Source of the DNA: an uncultured virus (IMG/VR IMGVR_UViG_3300028597_000015)
Taxonomy: Duplodnaviria > Heunggongvirae > Uroviricota > Caudoviricetes
Reading direction: 5' to 3' (one strand)
Length of the DNA stretch: 64,000 nt
Virus record (IMG/VR): IMGVR_UViG_3300028597_000015
Below are positions 21,601 through 30,460 of the stretch, piece by piece (positions within the stretch are counted from its first letter, which is position 1; the number at the start of each line of letters is the position of its first letter). The notes below the pieces were generated by a model. It was given only the letters and a program-made list of their open reading frames with translations. It was not told where the DNA came from and ran no database searches. Position numbers and translations under genes: made by a program.

Positions 21601-21711
21601 GTGCACAACTACGTGGACATCAACGGCATGGTCGCCCGGACCGAGGTCATGGTTGACGGGCGGCTCGCCCAGGTGGCCCGCGTCCTGACGACGGCGAGGG
21701 CTCAGTCATGA
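15682..21711 (+). CDS. Tape measure protein with NlpC/P60 peptidase and SLT-like lytic transglycosylase domains
   Basis: 2009 aa. TP901-like N-terminal core (GSDAGTSLK) and Ala-rich coiled coils. PYVWGG...FDCSGL...GHIG marks NlpC/P60; ESNGDP...LLQTIPGTF...DPLSN marks SLT. Confidence 0.95.
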   Translation: MVDRQVRIIISADVAGAIAGFRQVQGGLGGVADAANQAQGATGGWMDNLRKGAVIAGLTTGLLGIGAAIRSVVNMGIEFERALNVWGVVTLASTTQMQKFSAVAKELGNDVRIPGATAATAAQAMLALAKGGLTAQQSLEAARGTLILAAAAQVDGARAAEIQASALNTFGLAADQAGHVADVLANVSNAATGDIDDFALALRQTGTVANAAGWSLEETTTTLGLMAKAGLTGSDAGTSLKTALIQLLNPTAKQTEATRKLGIETVNANGEIISAKELTEDLAKAKRRYSEAEFAALTAQALGQDAVRTGLVISLAGAKGFDTMAEAIMREDGAARLAAANADGLGGSFEAFKNSVSTAAFTLFEELSPALQSVTDFTVGVVQVIGSFIGILGGLPGPLDSIALAMLGVLIMGKPLNMMWAAMRTAILAQIPALATAGASMNIFTLIMRGTAAAAIGLGAALKSVFLSNPIGLAIIGITTAISLFQWATEEATPVVNDFSDAIDQQTGAIKDNAAAQLVEKFSKDGSLNAAKNAKITQEEYTAAVLLGGDALTAVNEKLVDNAIASAKSGGTYNDLAAAAAKAGISVEELVAKFLTGTDTGSIYTKSMQRQKDVYEDINKKAADFGAEQTRVKDATEVAGNVIDSVAGKTDRFGNVIQEQGRDLSALGENYEQLDKALRKYQDELGWSKLPLLGLKNIVDDYRRTTDAATLAQEAFSYALLSTGELTKAKAERANDAAMRGVTTAARNHQKALRDVEEREKALQDLRTYGLNQAGDIEHAQRNAADAAKEATKAQTDLEKARAKATRDEADAIEALNEARAKADQANREAADALAKAQADAPKATSSAQADLAKAQEQGARAVRDAQERLVKLQGDPTATATDLRDATEKLADAQRDSQEDIAKATEKLATAQEDGQKAIADAQQKVNDTQASGAKSVEDAQDRVKTAQESAADSIANALERLEQANQSLADAQTRLQEVQANGVASSADLAAANDALADAHANVAATADAQSDAVERAAQSALDMAAAAYAEATAQGTAADGVKKGTEEWERQRAKLEETLRQAGYTDDEIKILVERLMSTPDKVTTTFEQIAIDDAIAKAKRLNEEYEKAKANLKAIALGNLVISMKPMTQAEADAANANAAAHGYATTDYGALGLIIGGPPASPWGQGNPWAGAGGPIPNRAGRADGGFISGPGGSTEDAIAAFLSNGEFVVNAKSTAKYRWLLEAINSGVRGFALGGAVQAKVGADDALGRATTFGVAMQAGVASPSAESTDKAWTDIAGTVVDAWEGKIAPALTEMTDATVNVGDQNQNLLDVGVKPTWDQISQTIGMNWTDRVRPTYDTLNQGSTNVGSTMERLRDQQAVPAWNQISGNIEDSWGRRIDPTFEQLNQGSANVGSSQTGLAQTSVLAWQTIGNAVQTVYTQQIVPAWSGTQQFVQTMGVFFGGIAAGMTLAKETAIKEITEINTAIDLFFKMVDTRVQLVQIQNAAAQVAVAGQMADGGPITAGTGPRSDDVLIAVSRGEYVINAASAARHRELLDRINTGGGGYADGGLVGPAIASRVDPMMQGGTHKAVEAAVDRLLQYMPSLYAGAAGLTFNGNLTVGGITVPLPDGARGKFMEAVASQMGTPYVWGGANPPGFDCSGLMSWALTQAGVGKGRLTASAFHHGFPHIGMPGKPGDMVTFDTGRLPGDAGHIGAVLDPGRGLMMHTDGAGPARVSDYFTRDGGPLSVIDPVGGALTVTPPPTQEAGDPPTAGWLGKVLGKIRAGGTGGTGAGAVTVDGSTFGSTASMNTVDPIQDFGPRNMELGKPEYVGPTPPGDQRGRWAGLYTYALQKMGMYSEPSLANMMAQMGLESNGDPLSYNDWDRNFTAGHPSKSLLQTIPGTFRANAAPGYSTNIWDPLSNAFAALKYVKGKYGGVFPLHAYDAGGYVPEGLSAVWNGTGKPEPVFNQPQWDVLAANAFGGVGAPSIQVHNYVDINGMVARTEVMVDGRLAQVARVLTTARAQS

Positions 21712-22487
21712 CTCTGTTGACCGGTGCGACCTGGGCGTTCGGCAGTCCGCCGCGCATCCTGGTGGAGGCCGTGTCGGTGTCCCCGCCGATCGTCGGGCTG
21801 ATGAACGTGTACCGGGTGCATCCCGACGGCACCCGGTACCTGGTCATCACCAACGGAGTGGCCGTGTTGAACGGCGAGTGGTCCGGCTACGACTACCACC
21901 CGCCGTTCAACACGCCGCTGACCTACCAGGCCGAGGCCGGCGGCGTGGTCTCCCCGCTGTCGCCCACGGTCACCGTCAACTCCGACCAGGCGTGGCTGAT
22001 CCATCCGTCGGTGCCGGAACTCTCGATGCAGGTCGAGATCATGGCGCCGCAGAAGGAAATCAAACACGCCACGGTGGCGCAGCGGTTCGACGTGCTGAAC
22101 CGCAAGCTCCCGGTGATCGTCAACGACGGTCCGCGCGGCGGCGAGCAGGGCGAGTTCGTGGTCCGGGTGACCCGGCAGAACCGCACCCAGATCAAGGCCC
22201 TGCTGGCCGACGGCGGTCCGATCCTGCTGAACGGGCCATGGGGCGAACACGATCTCGGCTGGAAGTGGATTCAGCCGGACGACATCTCGATCGAGAACGT
22301 CGCCGGGAACGTGCAGTTCGCGACCCGGAACGTGACCATCCCGTTCATCGAGTGCGCCCAACCGGATGCGGACCTGGTGGCGCCGTGGAGCTACGCCGAC
22401 CTGCGGTCCGCGAACGCCAGCTACACCACGGTCAAGTCCGGGTTCGCCAACTACCTGAACACGCGACTGAAGATCCTGGGGGGCTGA
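21708..22487 (+). CDS. Minor tail protein (distal tail-like)
   Basis: ATGA-coupled after the TMP; DYHPPFNTPLTY and AWLIHPSVP motifs. Confidence 0.75.
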   Translation: MTLLTGATWAFGSPPRILVEAVSVSPPIVGLMNVYRVHPDGTRYLVITNGVAVLNGEWSGYDYHPPFNTPLTYQAEAGGVVSPLSPTVTVNSDQAWLIHPSVPELSMQVEIMAPQKEIKHATVAQRFDVLNRKLPVIVNDGPRGGEQGEFVVRVTRQNRTQIKALLADGGPILLNGPWGEHDLGWKWIQPDDISIENVAGNVQFATRNVTIPFIECAQPDADLVAPWSYADLRSANASYTTVKSGFANYLNTRLKILGG

Positions 22488-22490
22488 CCG

Positions 22491-23591
22491 ATGTGGCCAT
22501 TGCCCGCCGACGGGCGGTGGAATCCCGCTGCCTCTCATCAGTCCGTCAGCCGGGTCGACCTGTGGAGCAACGGCGACCTGGTGGCCACCGACGTGCCCTT
22601 CATCGACGGGTCGGTCACCGAGAAATGGGTGACCGGGATTCGCGGCACCATGAGTCTGAACGTGCCGCCGACCCCGCAGTGGCGGGCCTGGCTGATGCTG
22701 GACGCGATCGAGCTGACGCCCTACACGGGTATCCGCTTCGGCCCGGACACCGAGTACCTGGTGCCGCTCGGGGTGTTCCCGGTCCTGTTCCCCGGGATCG
22801 AGTTGCCCTCCAAGGCGATCACTCTCCAGATGGAGGACAACTACCAGTTCGTCGTGTCGGCGACGTTCCTCTACGCGATGATGTCCTACCCGGGCACCAT
22901 CCGGGACGTCGCCGCCCGACTGATCACCGACCTGGGCATCGGCGGCAAGCGGGTGCACCCGATCACGAAGAACTCGATCAACCTGCCGAACCTGTTGGCC
23001 ACCAACGTCACGTCCACCGTGACCTCGGTGCGGTGGGAGAAGTCCCGGCACGACACCATCGCCGCGCTGGTCCAGTCGATCGGCGCCGACGCGTACTTCA
23101 ACCGCTGGGGGCAACCCGAGCTGCGGGACCACAAGTCGCTGCCGGGGATCGACCTGTCCGACGGAGCGGCCGGCACGCTGGTCAGCGTCGGGTCGTCGGT
23201 CAGCTGGACCGACGTGATCAACTCGATCGCGGTCACGTCATCGAAGAACGACGTGACGTTCGACGCGGTGATCGAGACCATCACCGACACCAACCATCCC
23301 GCCCATGCGAGCAAGATCGGACCGCGTTTCGACGCCGTCTCGTCCTCGCAGGTGGCCGACGTCGCCCAGGCCCGGGCGATGGCGAAGACGGAGCTGGCCA
23401 AGCGGTCGGCCCCGGCCCGGGCCTGGACCGTGTCCTGCGTACCCGATCCGACCCGGATGCCCGGTGACGAGATGACCCTGACCACGCGCGATCACGGACC
23501 GGTCCGGGTGGTCGTCCAGGAGGTCACCCACCCGCTGGGCAAGGGCGTGCAACAGCTCAAGTTGGGGGCGGCGACCGTGGTGACGACATGA
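22491..23591 (+). CDS. Minor tail protein (baseplate hub, DUF5047-like)
   Basis: GSVT...IRGTMSL...LVPLGVF...PDPTRMPGD...HPLG motifs; synteny. Confidence 0.8.
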   Translation: MWPLPADGRWNPAASHQSVSRVDLWSNGDLVATDVPFIDGSVTEKWVTGIRGTMSLNVPPTPQWRAWLMLDAIELTPYTGIRFGPDTEYLVPLGVFPVLFPGIELPSKAITLQMEDNYQFVVSATFLYAMMSYPGTIRDVAARLITDLGIGGKRVHPITKNSINLPNLLATNVTSTVTSVRWEKSRHDTIAALVQSIGADAYFNRWGQPELRDHKSLPGIDLSDGAAGTLVSVGSSVSWTDVINSIAVTSSKNDVTFDAVIETITDTNHPAHASKIGPRFDAVSSSQVADVAQARAMAKTELAKRSAPARAWTVSCVPDPTRMPGDEMTLTTRDHGPVRVVVQEVTHPLGKGVQQLKLGAATVVTT

Positions 23592-23893
23592 CTACCCCCG
23601 GCGTGGACCAGTTGGTCACCGCGCTGGTATCGGCGACGACCAGGCCGGACCGTCCGCCGTTCGACGTCGGCGTGATCAGCAAGGTGTTTGTCGGCGGGTA
23701 TTTCGCGGTGCGGGTCACCGGCATCCTGCTGGACACCATCGAGATCGATGAATCGGGTTGCAGCCAGCCGTTTCTGGACTGGCTGAGAACCGCCGGGCTG
23801 GGCGCCGTCGGCCGGCGGGTCCTGGTGCTGTTCCCCAACCACCAACCGGTGATCGCCTTTGCGTTAGGAGCCCCAAGTGCCGCAGCTCAATAG
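23588..23893 (+). CDS. Minor tail protein
   Basis: AVGRRVLV OB-like motif; coupled starts. Confidence 0.6.
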   Translation: MTTPGVDQLVTALVSATTRPDRPPFDVGVISKVFVGGYFAVRVTGILLDTIEIDESGCSQPFLDWLRTAGLGAVGRRVLVLFPNHQPVIAFALGAPSAAAQ

Positions 23894-24422
23894 CTGGGAT
23901 CGGTCGACGTACCCGTCGCCCACCGACGACCCGGACATCCCGGACGACATCCGCATCGCCCTGCTGTCCATCTCCGGGCGAACCGTGCAGCATTTCGAGT
24001 CGATCGCGGCGCGCGACGCCGCGTTCGCCACCCTGACCAGCGCCGCGCAGAAGGACGGCGCCCTGGCGCATGTCACGAACGTCGGGCTGTTCTACTACTC
24101 GGTCGCCAAATCGGTCTGGCGCTACGTCAGCGCCAACGGCGAGTACTTCACCCAGGCGGGGGTGGCCGGGGTCAACCCGGACGGGAACGGGGTCGGCCGG
24201 ATCAACTTCCCGATCAAGTTCGGCGGCATCCCGACGGTCGTGGTCAACCAGGTTCACAAGCTGTTGAACTCGCCGCCCCGTCAGGTGGTCGGCATCGACA
24301 CCGCCACCTACCCGACCACCCCGTCGTACTTCCACGTTTCGTTCCAGCAGACCAACGGCGGTCCGTTCCCCTACTACACCGACGTCACCTGGATCGCCTA
24401 CGGTCCGCGCGGGGACGACTGA
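23877..24422 (+). CDS. Minor tail protein (H-type lectin-like C-terminus)
   Basis: FESIAARDAAF, INFPIKFGGIPTVVV and WIAYG motifs. Confidence 0.7.
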   Translation: MPQLNSWDRSTYPSPTDDPDIPDDIRIALLSISGRTVQHFESIAARDAAFATLTSAAQKDGALAHVTNVGLFYYSVAKSVWRYVSANGEYFTQAGVAGVNPDGNGVGRINFPIKFGGIPTVVVNQVHKLLNSPPRQVVGIDTATYPTTPSYFHVSFQQTNGGPFPYYTDVTWIAYGPRGDD

Positions 24423-25075
24423 TGGCCACCCTGGCGGGCCGGGGGCTGCCCGGCAAGGCGCGCGACCGGGGCATGCACGTCATCGAGCTGGCGGGCTGGG
24501 AGGGCCGGGGCGAGGGCGGCGCGTTCAACGTCCGGGGCATCCTGCTGCACCACGACGCGATGGGCCTGGGTTACGTCGACAGCAACCTGAGCAACAACCT
24601 CAACGTGCCGAAGTACATGAGCCAGCCCGGTAACTCGGGCTCGCAGGTGTGGATCGGCCGGGACACGTCGAACCAGATGTCGTTGGTGTTCCTGGCCTCC
24701 GGGTGCAAGTGGCACGCGGGCTCGGGCCGGGGGTTCCGGTCGATCCCGGGCGGGAACGGCAACGGCACCTGCATCGGGATCGAGACCGACCACACCATCG
24801 GCACCGGTTGGGACGCCGAGATCATGAAGTACATCGACCTGACCACCTGGTTGTTCTGCGACGAGTACGGCATCGATCCGGACCAGTGGCTGGCGGGGCA
24901 CCGCGAGTACGCACCCGACCGCAAGGTCGACCCGGAGGCGTTCGACCTGGACGCGTGGCGGGCACGGGCCAGGAGCCGAACCCCGTTCACCGGCGGCGGC
25001 AGCGTCACGCCACCGCCGGACAAGCCGACGCCGCCCGCCGGGTTCCTCCCGCGATTGATGCACTGGGGCACCTGA
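24422..25075 (+). CDS. Endolysin, N-acetylmuramoyl-L-alanine amidase (Amidase_2-like)
   Basis: Zn-amidase motifs ILLHHDA, WHAG, IGIE, AGHRE and RKVDP. Confidence 0.9.
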   Translation: MATLAGRGLPGKARDRGMHVIELAGWEGRGEGGAFNVRGILLHHDAMGLGYVDSNLSNNLNVPKYMSQPGNSGSQVWIGRDTSNQMSLVFLASGCKWHAGSGRGFRSIPGGNGNGTCIGIETDHTIGTGWDAEIMKYIDLTTWLFCDEYGIDPDQWLAGHREYAPDRKVDPEAFDLDAWRARARSRTPFTGGGSVTPPPDKPTPPAGFLPRLMHWGT

Positions 25076-25689
25076 TGGTCGCGCTGTCGGTCGTCCAGGA
25101 ACGCAATCTCCGGGCGGCGCTGGCGGTGACCGGTTCGCCGGCCGAGCGGGTCCGGCTGGCGTTCGCGATCTGGACCGAGTCCAAGGGCCTGATCTACGCG
25201 AACGACGGTCGGAACACGTCGAACTCGCCGGGATTCGGGACGCACCCGCAGTGGCCGGCGATCCTGCGCCGCTCGCTGGCCATCCAGCACAACGCGGTCG
25301 GGTCCAACGGTCGGTCGACCGGGATGCTCCAGCAGATCTCCGACGACGTCGGCGGCGGCTGGGGCGACATGGCCGGAACCATGGACCCGGCGACGTCCGC
25401 CCGGCGGTTCCTGGCCGCGCTGAAGGTCACCGACAACCCGGTCTACAGCGGCATCCTGCTGACCCCGAGCGGGTCCAAGCGGGTCGACATCCGGCTGTCC
25501 AGTCCGATCGCGGCCGACGTGCTGCGGGTCCAGCAACCGCTGGCCAGCGAAGCCGAGTCGAGCAACTACAACGCCGACCAGGTGCGCGTGGCCACCGAGA
25601 TCGTCGCCCTGCTGGGCGGCGCCGCACCGCCGACCGAATCAGCCGCCCCCACCTGGTGGGCATCGATCATGAACTGGAGCAGACCATGA
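25075..25689 (+). CDS. Second lysin component, lysozyme/transglycosylase-like domain
   Basis: TES...YAN...STGMLQQ...WG...TMDPATSARRF...VQQ resembles catalytic domains of actinophage lysin A. TGATG coupling. Confidence 0.7.
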   Translation: MVALSVVQERNLRAALAVTGSPAERVRLAFAIWTESKGLIYANDGRNTSNSPGFGTHPQWPAILRRSLAIQHNAVGSNGRSTGMLQQISDDVGGGWGDMAGTMDPATSARRFLAALKVTDNPVYSGILLTPSGSKRVDIRLSSPIAADVLRVQQPLASEAESSNYNADQVRVATEIVALLGGAAPPTESAAPTWWASIMNWSRP

Positions 25690-26267
25690 GTGACCAGCCC
25701 GGCAACACCGTCGTGCATTTCTTCTGGAACAACGGCTGGCGCTACGTCGCCTGGCTGCCCGGCCGGACCTACTTCAAGACGCGGGATACCGACCAGTACG
25801 TCGCGATCAAGGATCTGCTGGACAAGTCGAACGTGCCGTACTGGGAGCGCAACGGGTACGACGTCGATGCCGCGATCTACGGCGCCGAGGTCGACCCGGG
25901 CACGTTCGGCCCGGTGACCAGCCTGACCGGCGGTGTCTTCAGCCAGGCCCAGATGCTGGCCTGGATCGACTACCACGTCAACGTCAACATTCCCGCGCAG
26001 ATCCAGGCCCTGGCCGACCAGCGGGTGGTCAGCTCGGCCAACGGTGAGGCGTACACGATCCCGCAGATGCTGTCGTTCATCGACGCGCACGTCTACGTCG
26101 ACATCCCGGCCAAGCTGGACGCGCTGGCCGCCCAGATCGCCGCACTGGCCGAGGCACTGAAGGTCAAGGCGGAGCCGGGGGAGGTCACGTCGGCCGAGCT
26201 GCCCGCCCCCGAGCCGGCGGTCGTGATCAAGGACGTGGCCGTCACCCAGGCGCCGGTGACCGAATGA
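25686..26267 (+). CDS. Lysis-cassette protein with internal repeat (possible cell-wall-binding subunit)
   Basis: Repeat QMLAWIDYHVNVNIPAQIQALADQ / QMLSFIDAHVYVDIPAKLDALAAQ; lies between the lysins and the holin. Confidence 0.6.
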   Translation: MSDQPGNTVVHFFWNNGWRYVAWLPGRTYFKTRDTDQYVAIKDLLDKSNVPYWERNGYDVDAAIYGAEVDPGTFGPVTSLTGGVFSQAQMLAWIDYHVNVNIPAQIQALADQRVVSSANGEAYTIPQMLSFIDAHVYVDIPAKLDALAAQIAALAEALKVKAEPGEVTSAELPAPEPAVVIKDVAVTQAPVTE

Positions 26268-26656
26268 CCATCGACACTCCGCTGGGCCTGCTGATCTTCG
26301 TCGTGGTCGGTCTGGTGCTGCCGTTGCTGGTCGACCTGATCACCAAACGGATGGCCTCATCGGCGGTCAAGTCGATGGTGTTGCTGGCCCTTTCGCTGAT
26401 CACCGGCGCGTTGACCGAGTGGCTGGCGGCGCTGAACCAGGGCGTCGCGTTCGACTGGGTGTCCGCCGTGTACGGCGCCGCGATCTCGTTCGTGGTCGGC
26501 ACGGTGTCGTTCTTCGGGCTGACGGCACCGGTCGGGCTGTCCGGGTTCAACGGGTCGATCCAGAAACACCTGCCCGGCGGAATCGGCAGCACGGCGACCG
26601 TGGCCGAGGCGACGCTGGCCGACACCGAACCGACGACGGACGGGGAGAGTCCATGA
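26264..26656 (+). CDS. Holin
   Basis: About 3 TM segments; LVLPLLVDLITK...VKSMVLLALS actinophage holin pattern. Confidence 0.8.
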   Translation: MTIDTPLGLLIFVVVGLVLPLLVDLITKRMASSAVKSMVLLALSLITGALTEWLAALNQGVAFDWVSAVYGAAISFVVGTVSFFGLTAPVGLSGFNGSIQKHLPGGIGSTATVAEATLADTEPTTDGESP

Positions 26657-27576
26657 CGCAGGTACGGTTCCGCCCCAAGCGGGCGGACGGAACCACGGTC
26701 GACGGGGTGATCCTGACCGAGTCGACCATCGTCGCCGAACCCGACAAGCGGTCGGATCTACCGGCCGGCGAACTGATGCCGGTCGGCCTGGTCATCGAGG
26801 TCGCCGGGGTGGAGATCACCCGGACATTCCCGCCGAACGACCTGCCCTACTGGGTCTGGCGGTTCATCGAGCGGTACCCCGATGGCCAGGGCGGCACGGT
26901 CGAGCTGATCTCCTACCGCGACGTACCGGCGGTCGGCAGCGTGCTGGACTTCGAGGATCTGACGATCGTCGACCCGCAAACCCTGTCGCCGCTGGCCGAG
27001 CCGGAGGCGGCCTGGTGGACCGCGCTGAACAACGCGGTCATCGGCGGCGGGGGTGGCGGGTCGGTCACCGCCTCGCAGATCACCGACTCCACCGTGGTCG
27101 GCCGGGCGGTGATCACCGCCGGGACGGCGGCCGCCGCGCGCACCGCGATCAACGCGGCCAACCTCACGCACACGCACCCGATCGCCGACATCGCCGCGAC
27201 CGGCGCGCCCAGCGCGAGCACCTACCTGCGCGGCGACGGTTCGTGGCAGATCCCGGACGGGGCCGGCGGGGTGTCCTCGTGGGACGACCTGACCGACAAG
27301 CCAGCGGTTTTCCCGACCCAGGTGGCGCAGATCGTGGACGCCGAGGACGTCGGCAAGGCGGTCATGCTGGCGGTGGACGCGGCGACCGCCCGGACGGCGC
27401 TGGACGCCCTGGGCACCGACGACGCGGTGGACTACCCGAACCTGCCGCCGTCGGTCATCGGCGTGGCCTTCGGCGACATCTCGCGCCCCAACGCGAGCAT
27501 CGTGCTCTGGATCTCCGACACCATGCCGATCAACGCCACGTCCGGCGACGTCTGGCTCAACGGGCCGGATTCCTGA
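26653..27576 (+). CDS. Minor tail / fibre protein
   Basis: Repeats ASQITDSTVVGRAV..A..AAAARTAI, HTHPIADI, TYLRGDGSW and WDDLTDKP are fibre-shaft motifs. Confidence 0.75.
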   Translation: MTQVRFRPKRADGTTVDGVILTESTIVAEPDKRSDLPAGELMPVGLVIEVAGVEITRTFPPNDLPYWVWRFIERYPDGQGGTVELISYRDVPAVGSVLDFEDLTIVDPQTLSPLAEPEAAWWTALNNAVIGGGGGGSVTASQITDSTVVGRAVITAGTAAAARTAINAANLTHTHPIADIAATGAPSASTYLRGDGSWQIPDGAGGVSSWDDLTDKPAVFPTQVAQIVDAEDVGKAVMLAVDAATARTALDALGTDDAVDYPNLPPSVIGVAFGDISRPNASIVLWISDTMPINATSGDVWLNGPDS

Positions 27577-27713
27577 TGGCTGCCTGGATTCGCACTCTGA
27601 CCGGCTGGGTCCGCAAGGGCTCGCCGATGCTCGACGCACCCGACATCATCCCGCCGCCCACCAACCTCGGTGGCTATGGGCACACGCCCTACGGCCGGAA
27701 ATACGGACACTGA
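27576..27713 (+). CDS. Small protein with GYGxxPYG tail
   Basis: TGATG-coupled; 45 aa ending GGYGHTPYGRKYGH. Confidence 0.5.
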   Translation: MAAWIRTLTGWVRKGSPMLDAPDIIPPPTNLGGYGHTPYGRKYGH

Positions 27714-27725
27714 AGGGGATCTCGC

Positions 27726-28913
27726 ATGGCGCGACCCACCTGGCCGAAGGAAAACGACGACCCCTGGTTCCAGATTGCCGAGGCGGGCTGGGACGATATC
27801 TCGGACCGCGCGGATCTGGCCCTGGCCACCGCATCCGGGCAATCGGCCACGCCCGGAGTGGTCATCCTGGACAGCTTCGCCGGGTCGACCGACGATGCCA
27901 AGCTGACCAACGCGTTGAGCTACGCCGCCGCTCAGACGGTCAAGCCGCCGATCGCCTGGGGCAACCGCCGGTACGACCACACCCAGGGGAACCGACAGGT
28001 GTACTCCGGCATGAAGTTGGTCGGCCTGGGCGGGTACGGCGACCAACAGCGCGGGGCCAACTCCATCCCCAACGACATCCGCTACAACGGCACCGGCACC
28101 TGGTGGCAGTTCCCCTCGGGCCAGACGTTCGACGTGCAGTTCCAGGGACTGTCGTTCCAGGGCAACAGCAACGCCCAGTTCATCGCGTGCAATCCCGGGG
28201 TCGCCTGGATCTCGGTCTGGCGCGATCTCGGATTCAACTTGTGGAAGCACGTTTTCGGCAATCCCACCACCAAGTTCCTGCACACCGCGTGCAAGATCGG
28301 CATGGGATTCTTCAACGCCAACAACGGCTACAACACGTTCGGCACGTTCGGCGGGTCGGACTCGGAGTTCTTCACCGAGGGCGCGCTGATCGATTCGCCG
28401 CCGTCGACCATGACGGCGGGCGCGTACCACCTGATCTTCGACTACACCGAGAAGTCCGGTTGCGGGCCGATCTACATGACCGCCGAGCGGTCCTCGGGCA
28501 TCCGCATCCTGGGTGGCCAGACCACCACCGGGCTGGTGTTCAACGGGATGGGCCGGGTGGAGGGCCGCAACATCAACCAGCCCTGCGTCGGATCGAACAT
28601 CCGCATCGACGGGGCCGGCGTGACCCTGCGCGACTGGTGGGTCGCCTACGGCGGCACCGCGTTCAACACCAACGGCCACACGGGGGAGGGCGGCGTGATC
28701 ACCCAGACCGGCGGCGACGTGCTGTACGACGGGCTCTGGTACGACCGGGCCGCAGGGGTGGCGGAAACCGTGCCGTTCATCTACGTCTCGGGCGGCGTGG
28801 CGCGGGTGCGCAACATCCGCAAGGGCTACAAGGGCGGGTCCTGGACCGGCCTGCCCCGGGTCGATCAGGCCGGTGGCACGGTCGACGCCGACAACTCGGT
28901 CACGGTGATCTGA
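27726..28913 (+). CDS. Tailspike-like / beta-helix receptor-binding or depolymerase protein
   Basis: LDSFAGSTDDAKLTNAL resembles the start of pectate-lyase-like domains; Gly/Asn/aromatic-rich. Confidence 0.6.
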   Translation: MARPTWPKENDDPWFQIAEAGWDDISDRADLALATASGQSATPGVVILDSFAGSTDDAKLTNALSYAAAQTVKPPIAWGNRRYDHTQGNRQVYSGMKLVGLGGYGDQQRGANSIPNDIRYNGTGTWWQFPSGQTFDVQFQGLSFQGNSNAQFIACNPGVAWISVWRDLGFNLWKHVFGNPTTKFLHTACKIGMGFFNANNGYNTFGTFGGSDSEFFTEGALIDSPPSTMTAGAYHLIFDYTEKSGCGPIYMTAERSSGIRILGGQTTTGLVFNGMGRVEGRNINQPCVGSNIRIDGAGVTLRDWWVAYGGTAFNTNGHTGEGGVITQTGGDVLYDGLWYDRAAGVAETVPFIYVSGGVARVRNIRKGYKGGSWTGLPRVDQAGGTVDADNSVTVI

Positions 28914-28914
28914 C

Positions 28915-29976
28915 ATGGCGCCCCTGAGCACGATCGTCAACGGGGTCGGCAACGTCACCACCGCGAGCAGCGGTGCGGCGAACAACGTGTCCCTGGCCAA
29001 GCCGGCGAACGTGGTCGACGGCGACCTGCTGGTCGCGTTCGTCATGTTCCGGAACTCCGGTGGCACGGTGACCACGCCGTCGGGCTGGACCCAGCTCGGC
29101 CCGGCGAACACCACCAACGAAACCTTCAGCGCCTACTACAAGGCGGTGCCCAACGCGGCGGCGGAAACCGCCACCACCTACGCGTTCTCCACGTCCGCCG
29201 GGACCAGCCGGGCGGCCGGCGTGCTCGCCCGGGTGCCCGGCATCGACCTGACGTCCATCGCGGACGCGGCCGGGGCGCTGGCCGTCTACACCGGCACCAC
29301 GTCGGTGGTCCTGCCCGCCGTGACGGCGGTCAAGGATCTGACCCTGCTGATGGGATTCGCCATCAACAACACCACCACCGCCGCCAGCGCGTTCACCGCG
29401 CCGGGGACGATGACCGCCATCGGCACCGCCACCGGGGATGCCGGCGGCGGGGTGACGGCGACCGCCTGGGTCGGCGCGCAGATCCTGTCCGCCACCGGCA
29501 CCACCGGCACCCGGTCGCCCACCATGAGCCCGGCGGCCGGCAACTCCGGCGGGTTCATGGTGACCCTGTCCGGGATCAAGGCGGTGGTGCCCGCCGCGAC
29601 GGTGGTGCCCGACCAGGTGGTCAGCTCGGTCGGCTGGGCGGCCAACTCCGGGACGATCCTGGCGGCGGTCGGCGACGGCTCGGACACCACCTACGTGGAG
29701 TCCGGCATCCTGACCGGCACCGACCAGACGGTGCGGTTCGGCCTGCCCGCGCTGATCGATTCACCGGCCGGGGTGCGGCTGAAGCTGCGCTGCGCGCTGG
29801 ACGTCTCGGCCGTCACGGTGGTCACGGTGAACCTGTATCAGACGTCGACCCTGCTGAAGTCCTGGACGATCGCGCCGGATCTGCTGACCGACACCATCCT
29901 GACCGCGTCGGCCGCCGAGGTCGCCGGGGTGACCGACTGGTCCGCCCTGGAGATCGAGATCAAGGCGCACATCTGA
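28915..29976 (+). CDS. Minor tail protein
   Basis: KPANVVDGDLLVAFV...TPSGWT beta-sandwich motif; Thr/Ala-rich. Confidence 0.65.
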   Translation: MAPLSTIVNGVGNVTTASSGAANNVSLAKPANVVDGDLLVAFVMFRNSGGTVTTPSGWTQLGPANTTNETFSAYYKAVPNAAAETATTYAFSTSAGTSRAAGVLARVPGIDLTSIADAAGALAVYTGTTSVVLPAVTAVKDLTLLMGFAINNTTTAASAFTAPGTMTAIGTATGDAGGGVTATAWVGAQILSATGTTGTRSPTMSPAAGNSGGFMVTLSGIKAVVPAATVVPDQVVSSVGWAANSGTILAAVGDGSDTTYVESGILTGTDQTVRFGLPALIDSPAGVRLKLRCALDVSAVTVVTVNLYQTSTLLKSWTIAPDLLTDTILTASAAEVAGVTDWSALEIEIKAHI

Positions 29977-29977
29977 C

Positions 29978-30448
29978 ATGGCCAAGCTGCGGATCTATCA
30001 GGCCGAGGTCGCCGGGCAGCCCGGCAGCAGGGTCCGGGTCTACGAGGTCACGGTGCTGGTCGGCACCGACGCGCGTCCGCCGGCCCGGCTGCGGGTCGCC
30101 CTGGTGTCGCTCAGCGGGGTGCCCATCGTCCTGCCGGTGACATCCAACCAGACCGTGGAGTCGCAGGCCGTGGTGACGCTCTCAGCCACCATGGCGGGCA
30201 CGGTGACGGCCTGGTCGTGGACCCAGACGGCCGGACCGGCGGTGGTGTTGACCGGCACCGGGGACACCCGGACGTTCCCCGCCCCCGCCGACAAGGACGG
30301 GTTACTGCTCGCGTTCGCCGTGCGGGCCACCGTGGACGGCTACCAGTCCCCGCCGGTGACCGCGAATGTCGCCGTCCGACCGCATCAGTGGTGGACCTTC
30401 CGGGGTGGCGCCTGGCAGCCCTGCGCACCCATTCAGATCGTCGCATGA
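29978..30448 (+). CDS. Minor tail protein with PKD-like domain
   Basis: VTLSA...WSWTQTAGPAVVL...FPAP PKD/Ig signature. Confidence 0.65.
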   Translation: MAKLRIYQAEVAGQPGSRVRVYEVTVLVGTDARPPARLRVALVSLSGVPIVLPVTSNQTVESQAVVTLSATMAGTVTAWSWTQTAGPAVVLTGTGDTRTFPAPADKDGLLLAFAVRATVDGYQSPPVTANVAVRPHQWWTFRGGAWQPCAPIQIVA

Positions 30449-30460
30449 GAGGAATCGATC

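Noticed and set aside
16420..21606. 1728-aa minus-strand ORF and other long shadow ORFs (4653-6416, 15693-17489, 10086-11603)
   Set aside because: These are antisense to well-supported genes, which is expected from high-GC codon bias, and they have no RBS or motifs.
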